Origin: Basidiobolus meristosporus CBS 931.73
Lineage: Eukaryota > Fungi > Basidiobolomycota
Assembly: GCA_002104905.1 (NCBI GenBank)
Contig: MCFE01000027.1
Span: forward strand, 124,001-188,000
Direction: 5' to 3'
DNA length: 64,000 nt
A program made the position numbers and the translations under genes. Under the pieces are notes generated by a model. It made no database searches. It was given only the letters and a program-made list of their open reading frames with translations, and had not been told where the DNA came from. Below, piece by piece: positions 48,285-62,000 of the stretch; positions within the stretch are counted from its first letter, which is position 1, and every line of letters starts with the position of its first letter.

Positions 48285-48899
48285 TGGGAATTGGTAGAAG
48301 CGAGAATAAAGGAAGGGTGGAGGAGAAGGAAACGGATTCATTGCTTTTAACTGAAATGATATCCTCGGAGCACCTACCAAATCCAGGAGGGTATTAACCA
48401 ACTGGCTTGTGTACCCTTTCACACAAATTAAGCGGTATCATATATAAATAAGTAGACCAATGATGGCCGCCTATACATTGATATTGAAGGTAGTTAGGGG
48501 CTCAAAAATCAGCAGCTCGCTTAAACTAAGCAATAGTGAGGCTGCTCCACACTAGACTGGCATTCAATTGCATTAAGTGATACAATCTGAATCAATCTTC
48601 TTCGCACTTTCAGATGTTCAACAGGAACTATTGCTAGTAAAGTTCAATCAGTGGACTCGCCACGTTGAAGGGGATCACAAATAGGGCATCAATGTCGTAC
48701 TGACAGGTTAGAATTAATGATTGGTGTTCAGGGTATATTGGAATTATGATGCAAGTGATTCGCGAATAGTCTGAGTATTCCACAATAATCTAACCTTGAT
48801 GGAAGATGGAAAAACAATGCATTAGTGGAAAAAAAAAGGGTTGCCATATCTCGTTGACTAGGCTGGTTTCATTACTCGAACTATATACCCCTCTACAAT

Positions 48900-49458
48900 A
48901 TGCGTCTGGTTAGTATACAAGGCACAGTGCTTATGTTCAGACACTTATTCCTTTGTTAGCTCAAGGAGGAAGAGGAGGCTGATGTGGAAGTCAACTATGA
49001 AGATCAACAGAAGATCAACTCGTTCAGTCGTTTGAATGCTCGCCTCAACGATATGGAAGACACATATGAGGGCAAGAAGGTGGCCGTCTAGCCTTTTATA
49101 TTTTCAACTCTCCATCGCTAACAAAACTCGCAACAGACTGAATTAGAATATCTTGAGGATCTCGAAACCGAGTTGGAATTGGCTGATGAGGAGGAGCCAG
49201 TCATGTAAGTAGATTCGTTTGGCGACCAAATGAACTCGAAACTAAGCAAGGTTCTCGTTTAGGTACCGTGTTGGTGATGCCTACATTTCCTTGTCTCTCG
49301 AAGAAGCTCAAGAGCGTCTCACGAAAGAACAGGAAGAGCTCAAGGCTGAAGTGGAGCAATTGAAGAGCGAGATGGACGACATCTCTGAGCAGATGGACAA
49401 ACTCAAAGTAGTTCTTTATGCTAAATTCGGAAAATCCATCAACCTCGAAAAAGATTAA
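48900..49458 (+). CDS. GIM3: Prefoldin subunit 4, multi-exon
   Basis: EVNYEDQQKINSFSRLN, YRVGDAYI and LYAKFGKSINLE. Confidence 0.93.
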
Positions 49459-49785
49459 ATACTCTGCTATACTCTAATTATGCGCATCCCGAATTCACCC
49501 TTTTCTCTATAATACAATACAGTACCTCAAGCCCGGATTGAATTTGGGGTGATATAGGAGGATATTTATATTGTTTTGCGTCATTTGGGCATAAAGGAAA
49601 GTTGCGAGTATGTGTGGGATGTGGGATGTGGCATGTGGCATGTGTTGACACTTAACGTAGTTGCTTTTCCCTAGTTCGCAGCGCTTTGTATATTTCGCGC
49701 AAATTGCGACATGACCATTTGTGTATAAAACATGTAGATAAGGCTTGATAAAGGGATTTATTCTACAATGATATTTTGGTAAAAT

Positions 49786-50679
49786 CTAATAAGCATATCC
49801 TCTAAGAATCTTGACATCTTCTTTAGGTCTACATTGGAGAGGTTGTTTAGTATTGTGTAGCATTCATGTGTGCAATCTACCTACCTATCGCTCGAATCTG
49901 TGGCAACAAGTCCCATTCTTTTGACCACTTTCATGCCTTCGCTAACTCTGCCGAATATAGTGTGTTTCCCTATTCGGAAGCGAATTTAGAATTTACCTCG
50001 ACCTTGAATACGGCAAAGTAAGCAACATACCATCGAGCCAAGGAGTAGGAGCTAAGGTGATAAAGAACTATAATCCTATGTTAGCACATGTAATCACATA
50101 TGAGTAGAGGAATAGGCGGCTTACTTGACTTCCATTGGTATTAGGCCCAGAATTGGCCATACTTAGAATACCGGCTCCTGTATGCTTGAGGCCACGAGTA
50201 ATTTCGTCTTCGAAAGACTCACTTGAGAACACAATTCAGTTTACAGGAACCATTTGAAATATATACACAACCGAGTTTACCCGTAAATACTAGCACCTCC
50301 GCGACCAGTTCCAGTAGGGTCACCTCCCTGAATCATGAAATCCTACGCAATAGCGAAGGGTAAGTTTCGTTTCTAACCAACTATTTGCTGTATATGCCTA
50401 CGGAGATAATTCTGTGAAACTTGATTCCATTGTAATATCCCCTCTTGGCCTAGATTGACAAGATACATTAGATGTAAGTGACGCGTGCGCTTACATTCCA
50501 CAAGATCTACTAACCAATTCATAGAAATTCTTACAAGTCTTAGGGGCCTCATCCCAATAAAGCTCGAAGGTGATGTTACCCTTTGTGGAAGTAGAAGGCA
50601 GTATTTTAGCACAAGTCAATTAACAAAACCATTTCTTCGTCTGTACCATTGAGGTCTCGAAAACTACACTGCGTTCCAT
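49786..50679 (-). CDS. PPIL1: Cyclophilin PPIL1 (spliceosomal PPIase), multi-exon
   Basis: [74 protein letters not shown] and HTIFGRV. Confidence 0.92.
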
Positions 50680-50866
50680 AATAATGCCTTTGGTTCGTAG
50701 AAACGTGCCTGGTTTCAATTACGATGGATTCTTATGAGTGTGCTAAATGTTGATTTGGATCCCTTTTTTTCATTGATTGATGCTTAGGGAACTGTCTAAT
50801 GTTATGAATGTGTTTTTCGATAAGAGGGCAATTGGTTTCATATTGGGATCTATTTTGCTCCTTACA

Positions 50867-51772
50867 ATGTCCACTGTCGGAAAGGCCGCTAGTTTTCTCC
50901 AATTCTTCCATATTTGCGAGAAGTTGAAGGTATCTTTCCTACTGTTTTGGCCGTACACACACATACACCGAGGTTGACAAAACATACCCAACCCAACAGA
51001 GAACCAAAAGAACAGGATGGATCAAGCGCGGCGTTAACCAGCCGGAATCCATTGCTGACCATATGCATCGTATGTCTATCATGGCTCTCCTCATCGACGA
51101 CAAAAGCCTGAATCGCGACAGGTACGCTCGCGATTCCATTGCACTATGTGCAGCAGCTTTCTATAAACTGATTCCTCTGCTCTTAGATGTATGAAGATGG
51201 CAGCCGTTCACGATTTAGCGGAGGCAATTGTGGTATGCTCTATTCTGAGCTAGACTGGTATTGGCTGTGATTAAATGATTCCATAGGGTGATATTACTCC
51301 TCATTGTGGCGTTTCTAAAGAAGACAAGTACAAACTAGAACATGTAAGTAAACGCTATGTTTCGACAAAAAATCCAGCCGAGGAAGCCAGTTTTAATAGA
51401 TGGTTATGAATGGAAAATAGGACGCCATGGTAAAGATGGTTGATACCCTCGGTAACTCCGAGCAAGCACAAGAAATCTTTGAACTGTGGAAAGAATACGA
51501 GGCAGGCCGCTCTTCGGAAGCATTGTTAGTTAAAGATCTCGACAAATTCGAAATGATCGTTCAGGCCATCGAGTATGAAAAATGTATGTCACTGCTAATT
51601 TAAGGACCTGGTTCTAGGAAATTGCTAAATCTTTCCTTTTTTAGCTGACAATATCCGACTCAACGAATTCTTCGAGTCTACTCGTGGCGTATTTCAACAT
51701 CCCCAGGTAAAGCAATGGGTGGAAGAGCTGTATGCTGAGCGGGAGGCTACATCTAGTGGTATCCAGGAATAG
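50867..51772 (+). CDS. HDDC2: HD-domain 5'-deoxynucleotidase (HDDC2/Ygk1-like), multi-exon
   Basis: [33 protein letters not shown] and [17 protein letters not shown]. Confidence 0.93.
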
Positions 51773-51956
51773 AGTTCTGGTGTAGGCCATGAGAAACATA
51801 ACCAAGCAATAAATGTTTATTTGGGTCATCAAGAAGGCTGTATATATCTTATTATCTTAATATTTCCTACTAGCAGGACATAGTCGAAGGCATATTTGTA
51901 CAGAAATAGCGGAAATAATCGAACGAACGCGTCCAAGGATAGAGCGAATTTTCCGA

Positions 51957-54900
51957 TCACGTTTCCTTCGAGCTTGATATAGCACTAGTAAACGCTTCCC
52001 GAAGGGACATCTCAGAACCTAATAAGTTTAGTTAGTGTTGGAATTGCTGTCAACTTGCATGCGTATTTGTATCCTTGATTACCATAAATCGAGCTCAGAT
52101 AACGGACCAAGTCTCGGCATAGCTTCAGTCAGAATGGAGTTAGATGGTGAATGAACCCATATGCAAACGCATATACATACAGTTATTTCATTAGCTTCGT
52201 AAGCTTTCTGAATAAGGCGCACGGAGTACTGGAAACAATGGAGTGAGCATTCTGCCTATGCGTTCTGCTTGAACCTATGTACTACGTTACCTTGCTGCTG
52301 ACGGAGACTGGTTCCAGGGTCTGTAACACAATCAGATAGGATGTGGCAGTCTTGAGTTGATCGGCATCGATGCACCGTTCAAATAATTCTCTGGGATTTC
52401 CAACCGCCGAAAATAAGTAGCCCCACAGGGCAACCTCAGTTTTACGGGCACACCTGACAACAACATCTAAATACTGTGGAAAATGATTCAAGAATTGGAC
52501 GACGGATGGAAGCTCCGCATCTAGAAACAAGGAATAAATCATTCCGCTCCAAATCCCAACGACCTATCTCAAATACCTTTGCCTGGGGTTGCTGATGCAT
52601 CTGCCTCGTCCTCTAGAACCTGGTGTAAGAGTACTTCCAAACTATGCGCGAAATATTTCAAGCGCTGGTAACAGAGCGCATATGTGACAGCTTCGGATTC
52701 GAGTCTGGGTTAAGGGTTTAGCAAAAATCAAGCATTTTTTGGCGCAGAACAAATTACCCTTTGGAGAGAAAATGACGGACAGCGTGGTGGATAAACAGGT
52801 GGCTCTAAATGGTAGAAGGTCTATCAGGTAAAGATCGACAAGGCACCTTGGTCAAGCTCCCTACCTTCGTCAAAAGTTTAAAGGAAGCAAATGGTGAGTG
52901 GGTCATGGATGTGCTTTGTTCCAAACCAATGACAATCCCTTTTTCCAACAGAATAGCTAGAGGTTTGAATGAAGTGTTATCACATGGTTGCCATTCAGTA
53001 TTGTGCTAGTGGTGCGTCCTACATCTAGGATAGAAGTCAAGGGAGAAGCGGAAAGATTCATCGCCGTCTGATTCAGTGAAGTCTAGTCCAGCGGTGGCTT
53101 CTCCTGTATTGTGACGTAATATACTGGCCCAAACCTTGAAAATGACGAGCATTAACCTCACGAGCAAAAATCCACGATTTGCTGAGTGAGTTACCTGGAA
53201 CGATTGCCCGTCATACGACCACAGGGAATTTTGCTGGCTCCCGATGGTTTTATTTGGAACGTAGAAATACTCCACGCGATCGGAGAGTTTGCGCGCCTTG
53301 TACTGAAATACACCATCGATCTGAAATGATACGGTGAGCGGCAAACGTGTGCGAAGTCAACCTTTGCTTTGCTTACCTCCTGTGGGCTTGCATAAACCAA
53401 CTTTCCAGCGATAAGAATGATAATTGAAGAGTGTCTCGGATCGTTAAACGAACCCTCTGATAGATGCCAGTTAGCTCATGATGATATCCTTCTCCGCAGA
53501 TGTGCGCTTCATACCAGCAGGCTTTTCCTGTAACCAGGTTATGCACTGGACTCTACCGGGCACGCTGATAACCCCTTCGAATGAAATTTGCTGCAAAAGC
53601 TCAACGTCGAGCGACCCATCTAACAAAAAATCAGTAAAGCAGAATCACAATACAACGTGCCAATGCCTACCGGAGCGTGTCGATATTCTGTAATCATGAA
53701 GGATATTGTCCATGGTATAGACTAAAAGAGAATCGTCCATGATGCTCAAATAAATTACAGGATTGGCTAGTTTTGCACAGGCTAGCATGTAGGAATAATC
53801 AAGATTGTTTTCTCGAGAGTAAAAGCGCAGCTAGGATACGCATTGGTTACCGTGTGTAATGGCCAAACACTATAGTGTAAAAATGACCCACCTCATGTGA
53901 GTTGTCTTCAATCAAGTCACAAGCAACAATTAGAATCTTCTTGTACCAAACCAAACCACCGTGGCAAACGAACTCTTGCTCCTTCGACGAGGATGAGCGG
54001 CTAGGTAATGCAAGGAAATCAAAGTGCTCACAATACCTGTAGCTGGTCGCCAAAGAGTTTCCACCGTCCAGTGGTAATGTTACAGTGTGCGACCCCGTGT
54101 TTACCAGCAATGGCCACATATTTCCCATCGTAGCTGATGGACACATACTAGAAGGGAATCAGTTCACGTACATATCCATCAAAATTGACACCAAACTGGC
54201 GTTACCTTTATCGGCCAATTATCCGAAATATACGCACTAGGATACTGGAATACATAAGGCTTCAGTCAGTGCATGGATCGACATAAACCAATGTTGTGCG
54301 AGGTACCTGGATTGTCTGCCAAATCACGTCTGGGTTCAATCCTTCTATCTCTTGGTCCACTTTATTGTACAAGTAAAGCCTATCGTCCATTTGGAGCAAA
54401 GCGTGTCGCACGTTGTCCTGCAATATGTCCAATGTTAGGATGATTTGTCCAATGTATGTATTACTCATGATGGTGTTACCGGACTATGGAAACCCGTAAC
54501 GGCGGACTTCACGATCGGTAATATGTAGAACTTGTCGACAACCCCTAATACACGGTGTGAGTGATGTTTTGCTTGTGATAACATCCGTCCATATCTTACC
54601 GTCCTCTAGTGATATATTTTGCAGAATGAAAAGTTCCTGGTTGCTTGGACTCCAAAACTATGCAAAGAATGTGAACTCCCCGACTACTGAATAGAGACCC
54701 TGTGTCAAGTAACAACGTACCAGCTGATGGGCTCCGTGAAAGAAAGCATCCTGGAAATTTCCTGACCTACGTAAGGATAGGTTAGCAAGGCTTGTACTGG
54801 TCGAGAAGAGAAATGAAACTGGGTATACAATAGTGTGAGGGAATCTTCGGAAATTGTACTGAAAAGGAGGCGGCCAAACACACTCCATAAGGATACCCCG

Positions 54901-56357
54901 TGGCGTTCCCAGCCAACGGCGAGCATGTATCCATCGCTGGTCCAAGAAAGAGACGTGACCTTACTAAGCTGTGTGAATCATTAAGGCCTATTGATGAATT
55001 AACTGCAATCGAGCATTGGTGGGGTGGGCGATATTAGCAAAAAGGATATCCGTTGTGTTTTTGGGGAAGAGGGTGTGGGACAGAGAAACAGAGCTTTTGT
55101 CAAGGACAGAGTAGCAGAGAACAGAGCCACTAATTTAGAGTGCAATCATGAGCAATCTATCGGGTCGCATGTATGGTAGCAATGCGTAAACCAACCCTTC
55201 GGTCCCTACAGCCACTAAGCCAAACTTCCGATTTACCGTAATAGCGGTGGCTCTACCTTTGTTCTCTTGGTCAATTTCGTTGTAGAGACAGCAGCCTTGC
55301 CATTCCTTTTTATCCTAGAGTTGTTGGGAAATGTCACGCTAATGAAACGGTGTAAGGGTTGGAAAATACGATATTACCTGCTTTGTTTTTCTGTATGCCA
55401 AGTATACTGCACCATTCGAGGCTATCCAGCAGAAGATATCCATAAATTTGTCGTAAACGATATAGTGTATGCGGCAGTCTGGGTTTCCACAGATGTGACG
55501 TATTAGTCTTGGGCTCTTGAGTATAAAACACAATTGATCAAGCCGAACCTATATCTGCAGGAATGAACCCCAGTTCATCGAAAAAGGTAGGCTCCTTGGT
55601 ATCGCTGCCATCTAACCAGCTTATGTACCGAATGGCTGCTCGGGCTTTCTCACTGACAATCAACTCCTCGTTCGTTGGAACCGCGCTGTCATAAAAATAC
55701 CGATTTTAAGCAGGACGATCATTAAGATTGACAATATCCTGAAAGTGCTCACCACTGCACACCGCTTGTTAGCTGCTTACTGTGACGAAAACGCATGCTC
55801 AACGACATGATTCCATTTCCATGGCCAGGACCGGTGACATAGGATTGCGCCGCTTCAAAGCGGTACTGGTATACGTAACTGCTATTCGACACGATTTGGT
55901 AGAAGAGAAAAAACATGTCTATAGTCTACGCAAGAAAGTTAGTCGCTAGCGGCCAGGACAGAGAAATATCCCGAAAATGCCACATCACCAATATAACAAT
56001 CGTTGTGGAGTCTGGTTTCCAGAAAACATCTTGATTAAGTCCGTGCTGCTCAATCGACTCCTCAGTTCTGATAATCTTCGCAACCATCGCAGTAGGCTTT
56101 GTTGACATCGGCGAAAGACAACGTCAGTTTCCTGATAGTTTATAAACATTCAAGTGGTTTATCACCTTTGTTGTCCAAAGAGCAAGCGATTTTGCTGTCA
56201 AAGTTGCAAATAACACTCCATTACTATTCCGTTTGATTGCCAGCAGCGATTCATCAAGCGAGCCTCCTACATTTTTCTCATCTCGATTCGCTGATATTTC
56301 CTCCTCGAAAGAGGCCTGATTTGATATGACCTTTGCAGACCCATAAACCCAATACAT
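51957..56357 (-). CDS. RIC1: Ric1, RAB6/Ypt6 GEF complex subunit, multi-exon
   Basis: N-terminal MYWVYG and a WD-like region; C-terminal RIC1 motifs FPQYLDVVVRCARKTEVALWGYLF, GNPRELFERC and LKTATSYLIVL. Confidence 0.92.
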
Positions 56358-56663
56358 ATTTCAGTCGACTATAATGGGCTCAAGAGACGTGAATAGAGAA
56401 CTAGCACTAGGAACGAAGGCGACGCGCAGTGACGAGAATCACAACCGCTGGATCATGATTCTGATTAATCTGGTTAATTTAGATAAACAGTAAATCAAAT
56501 AGAAGCTGTCACAGCAACAAAGTGATTCGCTGACGAATACACAAGTGAGCGACTTCTTCAATACTTCTTGACAGTGAAAGTGACTTTACTTAAATGTCGG
56601 GATCTATGGATAATTTAACATATAACTTATACATGTCTATGAATGATGAAGGAACAATGTATC

Positions 56664-58118
56664 CTAAGTTGCTTGATTAATGCTGATAGGAAACCTAAGG
56701 TACACTTCATAATACAAGCTGTCTAGCACCTCCTCTTTAGCCTGATCGAACATTGTCAAGGTATATTCGTTGTTGTTGATCGCATCGCGGAGACTTGTCA
56801 CGATTTCACATGGGATGTTGACTTCGAGAAGACTTCCCGGAAGAAAGAATTTCTCATAGAACCTTTGATAATATGGAGCCAAACCACTAGGCACAGCAAC
56901 ATCTTCACTTAGGCGTTCTACAGTACGCGCGATGCTAATATTCGCCGGGGTAATACACTGCTTGACGCTGGCATGCGGATAGGACAAGCAAGTTACAATG
57001 TTGGATGTCGCGGGGCTAACAAGTGCATGATTGGAGGGGAGTTGAGAGGAATTGATAGACCAGCCAGATTTCGATTCGCTCTCAGGATGCTCTGTGTACG
57101 TGCACGATTCTGAGTTTGTGATAGCAACGAGACTTAGTTTTTTCAGGTCTTGATAGGCTTCCAGGAACAGAACATTCTCAACGCACAAACACTCTGTAGC
57201 GGTTTGCTTGAACATTTCAAAAAATGACCAGTCCAGCAGTCTCTGACAGAAGTCCTCTTTGTCTTGGATATAATCAAGTCGTGATGGAGGGCTGTGAGTG
57301 GTCCACTTGAATGAACAAAATATTGGAATGCAAACAGAGACGAAATGGATAAACAACGCAACTAGAACTTGTGATAGAACCAAGTAGGGGGAGGAGTCTC
57401 TGATAAGCAATCGATAGAAAAAGTCAATCCCTACGCATAGCGCCACCATTATCGTGGAAAAATACAGGTCGCGACGAATACTATACGCATAATTCAACGA
57501 CCATAGCTTGAACATTAGTATTGGGCAGAAAAGGATTAGATAGCACAGAATCCCAAAGTATAGTGGGTAGAACTCCCAGGTGAAGCTGTGTTGGGTATAT
57601 TCCAATGCCAATGGTATTCCTGCCTGATGTTGTATGAATCCTATCCCGGCTGTGCACATCAGTAGAAACAGCAGGAATACAAGAGTAAGCAATTTGTCTG
57701 TCGAGTGTTCTCTCTGTCTTCGGCTGGCCTGTGGCATCTCCTTAACGGTCAAACATGATAAAAGGTCCAGTGTTCCAAAAAGCAAACCACAAGACCTGAG
57801 CTTGGAAGAGCTCGCCCGCAACAGGAGTATCAGTCGCAGTGCCCTCAAGCCTATGGTCCCAAGAGTCAACACAATCAGGAAGTACAGGAACCACAAGCAC
57901 AGGAAAACCGGGATTTCCTCATGGAATGGAATCCAAAGAATCAACAATGTGCTTAGCAAACCATACCCACAAGCAGACACCAAAGTGAGGATTTGACTGT
58001 GTCTGGAGCGATCAGGTATGATATCACGGCCATAATATATAGTACATGTCAAGAGGTAAAACAGCAAATTCCCTCCAGCCATCATGGAGAAAATGATTAA
58101 CTGTGGTGTATTGATCAT
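56664..58118 (-). CDS. Seven-transmembrane protein with a C-terminal RGS domain, intronless
   Basis: Seven hydrophobic segments, then a split RGS: FEMFKQTATECLCVENVLFLEAY and FYEKFFLPGSLLEVNIP..FDQAKEEVLDSLYYEVYLRF. First ATG at 58118; the frame is open from 58148. Confidence 0.9.
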   Translation of the reverse strand: MINTPQLIIFSMMAGGNLLFYLLTCTIYYGRDIIPDRSRHSQILTLVSACGYGLLSTLLILWIPFHEEIPVFLCLWFLYFLIVLTLGTIGLRALRLILLLRASSSKLRSCGLLFGTLDLLSCLTVKEMPQASRRQREHSTDKLLTLVFLLFLLMCTAGIGFIQHQAGIPLALEYTQHSFTWEFYPLYFGILCYLILFCPILMFKLWSLNYAYSIRRDLYFSTIMVALCVGIDFFYRLLIRDSSPYLVLSQVLVALFIHFVSVCIPIFCSFKWTTHSPPSRLDYIQDKEDFCQRLLDWSFFEMFKQTATECLCVENVLFLEAYQDLKKLSLVAITNSESCTYTEHPESESKSGWSINSSQLPSNHALVSPATSNIVTCLSYPHASVKQCITPANISIARTVERLSEDVAVPSGLAPYYQRFYEKFFLPGSLLEVNIPCEIVTSLRDAINNNEYTLTMFDQAKEEVLDSLYYEVYLRFPISINQAT

Positions 58119-59001
58119 TACTGCGCGAGTACAGTAATAACCAGACAATCCAGAACGGAATGAACAACTTATTTTGCGATCTTCGTCTTTTGATTAAGCG
58201 TTAAATACGAAAACGAGGTGGAACGGACTACGATGATGTGGGATGCCCAGTATTATAAGAGATTCATGCTCGGAAATATATGGATGGAAGGAAATCAAAA
58301 GAGACGTCGAGGAATAACCTACCCAACAGCTGTCGATCGTTGTCATTGTCTTTTGTCTTCATGTTTACAACAATGAGCAGCAGGCATTAATATGCAACGG
58401 CACATAACATTATCTTAGATGTTGCTTCCACTCAGGTGCTAATGCTAACAACAATATTGGCCTGAGCTTGATTGGCTAGCCAACCTCGGCTCAGCATTTT
58501 GGATTCCATTATAGACATTGAGCTAAAAATTTACCTAACAATACAGCAATGAACCGGAGCATGATGCATCGAAATTTGCCAAATATTATGAATATTCCTT
58601 CGGGTATCTGGCATTTCGATATAAAACGCGATTTTTATTTACCAATATGGGGGTTAATAAAATATCCAGTTTTGGATCGAGGTTTGATTATTTTTTTTTA
58701 TTCTGGGTGAAGAATTTTGAGCACGATTGGATTCTTGCTAACTATGGAGCAGTAATTAATCAAAATTAATAGTGGCTAATATTTTGTACTTCTCCAGCAA
58801 AGGCAAAATACCTACCAATAAGATACCAGGCCAGTCATCAGGGTTTGCTACAATTTTGAAGTTCAGGGAACGAAGCTTTATAACCTGTGTTAACGCACAC
58901 TTTTGCCTGAACATTTTTTTCGCATACCCGCCCCTTTCTACCTATCTCCCGTCAAACCCTTTGGAACGTTCACTATAACGAAATCTGCGATTTAGAGCAC
59001 T

Positions 59002-62000
59002 ATGGCGAAAGGTAAACGCGACCATTATGACGAGGAAGACGACGATCTAGAGCAAGATCGTCGCTATGATGAAGAGGACGAGGAGGAGGAAGATAATTCG
59101 GTAAGTCAATTTCCACTCTTCAGCAGTTTCTTGCTGCTGGTCTCTAAAACCTCATGTTTTCGCGCAAACAGCGCCATAAGAAGAAGAAGCCTAGAAATAT
59201 GTTCTTGGATATGGAAGCCGAAGTCGACGATGACGAAGAGGAAGATTATGATGACGATGAAGAGTTTGGCAAAGAAGGTTCGGCTCAAACTCCTTCGTGT
59301 AAATGCCATCGATCATCTACCTAACTTCAGATGATTCTTGATTTCAGACGGCTTCATTCAGGAAGACTATCATGATGAACCTAGCAGTGCTAGTTCCCAT
59401 CGCGCTGCTCGACATTTAGATCTTGATCGTAGAAATCGTAAAGTTGAAGAAATTGATGCCGAGGAAGTAGCGGCTCGCTTGCAAACCAAATATGGAAGAA
59501 GTCATACCCGTAACGTTTATCGAGGGGATACAGAGCATGTTCCTCAACGGTTTCTGGTGCCCAGTGTTGAAGACCCTAACTTGTGGATGATTAAGTGCAA
59601 GGTAAATATCCCAAGCACAATTCAAATGTAGCATGAATCATTTGGCTTATAACCATACCTATCAGCCAGGGAAAGAGAGAGATATTATCATGACGATGAT
59701 GAGAAGATGTTTCGATAAAGAGTTAACAGACAATCCCCTCCAAATCATCTCAGCTTTTGCTAGAGACTCACTGAAGGGCTACGTTTATGTTGAAGCACGC
59801 AAACAGGCTCATGTCCAGCAGGTATGCCGGTATATTTACAAATCCAAATACAGATATTTATATGCAACTTTATTAGGCGGTCGACAAAATCACGGATCTG
59901 TTTGCTTTCAAACTGACGCTTGTCCCCATTGGCGAAATGGTGGATGTCATTAACGTTCAAAAAAAGGAAGCAGATCTTATACCTGGCGGCTGGGTTCGTC
60001 TCAAGAGAGGAAATTACTCTGGTGATTTGGCACAGGTAGATTCTTCATGCGGCACATATATATATTGCGCACTCCTTCTTAAACCGTCAATTGCGATTGT
60101 GCTAGATTCTCGAGATTGCCGATACACAAGAGAGCGTGCGAGTCAAACTAATCCCTCGACTTGATTTTACCCAAGAAAAGGTATTGCTGCTGTACTTTGC
60201 TATCGCCCTGGGCGATTTTCTAACACATCTGACTCGACAGAAAAAATCCGCCGCATTCCGCCCACCTCAAAAACTTTTCAATCCGAAGGATGTGGAGTAA
60301 GTTGGCTCCACACGGACGCGTATCGAGCAAGCAACTTACCCTTTACTACTTTCAGAAAACTCGACAGATCAAAGCCAGTTTTCCCCAAGCCCAAGGGATA
60401 CTTCTTGTATGGTAACGAGCTGTTCAAAGACGGATACCTCGAAAAGGATGTGAAAATCACCAGTCTGGTAAGACTTGAAGTTGCTTATCACTTAGTTACT
60501 GCCTGTTCTAAGCCTCCATTCCCGGCCTGCAGGTTACCGAATTCGTAAACCCTACCTTGGATGAAATCACCCGGTTCTCGAATGGAGGGGTCGATGATGA
60601 GCGTGGTAATTAGATACAAGTATTGCCGACTTCAGTAGACCATGTACCCATTGCTTTTTTGCTATAGGATTGGATTTGTCTACACTGGGAAATTCTGGCA
60701 TCGTAGCCCAATTTCAACCTGGTGACCATGTCGAAGTTACTGAAGGCGATCTCATTAATTTGCATGGTGTTGTCGAGTCTGTGGAAAACGATATTGTGAT
60801 GATTATCCCACAAGATCGTCGATTGTTGGAGGTATGATTCTTGATCGCGTTGAATAACCCAAATTCAGTCTAACATTGTTGTATCTCAGGAGCACCTAAA
60901 ATTTCCTGCGAGACAATTGCGGAAACGATTTGCTCAGGGCGAGCACGTAAAAGTAATCAATGGCCGCTTTAGTGGCGAGACTGGGTTGATTATCAAGGTT
61001 GAGGATAATGTGGTGACCATGCTGTCCGATGTTAGCATGACTCAGGTAATTCATGAAAGTAGCAGACGTTTGGTCGTTGAGCAGTCCTAACCGGAGACTT
61101 CAGGTCACAGTATTTTCGAAAGATCTGCGTGAGGCAGCTGAGGTGGCCTCGGGAGTCAGTGGGGTCGGCAGTCATGAGTTGCACGATTTTGTACAATTAG
61201 AGTAAGTTCAGCTAGCTTGTTACCAGCACACAGCAGAGAATAACTCGATATACTAGCCCACAAACTGTTGGTGTAATCATCAAGATTGATCGCGACACTT
61301 GCCGTATTCTTGACCAGAATGGAAACGTCAGAAACATTCAGCCCCATCAAATCAGCTCTAGTCGCGATTCCAGAAAAGCTGTTGCTGTTGATTCACAGGG
61401 TAACAACATTCGTGTTGGTGATCAGGTTAAAGAGATCGATGGCGAGGTAAGAGTGAGCTGAAGGGATTGTCGTGGAGTGTTTGGCTGACGGTTTTTTCGG
61501 GGACTAGAAACGACAAGGAACTGTATTGCACATTTACCGCCTCTTTGCTTTCCTGAGATCCAGAGAAATATTGGAGAATTCAGGTGTATTCGTTGCTCGT
61601 ACACGTCAACTGCTTAGTACCAGCTCTAGGCCCGGACAGAGAGTAAGTCGCTATAGCACTCGAGTGTCTGCTAAATGTCGGTTCACCTTTATTTATTCGT
61701 TGGATGATCTTGTAGCAAAGCAGCACCACTCTCAACCCAAGTGTTATGAATAACTTTGCTATCCCGACCGCTCCACGTGGACGCGGGCGTGAAAGGGGTC
61801 GGGGAGGAATGATGGGACGCGGACGCGGCCGTGGCGGCAGAGATAAATTGATATCTCAGACCGTCACAGTTATTAGTGGGCCCTACAAAGGTTATCTTGG
61901 CATCGTTAAGGATACTAGTGATGACCAAGCTCGTGTCGAGCTGCATACTAATAGTAAGATTATTAGTGTCGACAAAACCACATTGGAAATCAAAGAGTAT

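Noticed and set aside
49610-49645. GTGGGAT / GTGGCAT heptamer repeats
   Set aside because: Four short units in an intergenic terminator region; not an array.
58460-58495. Small palindrome TGAGC..TTGGCTAGCCAA..GCTCA between the RGS gene and SPT5
   Set aside because: A single short hairpin with no ncRNA family features.
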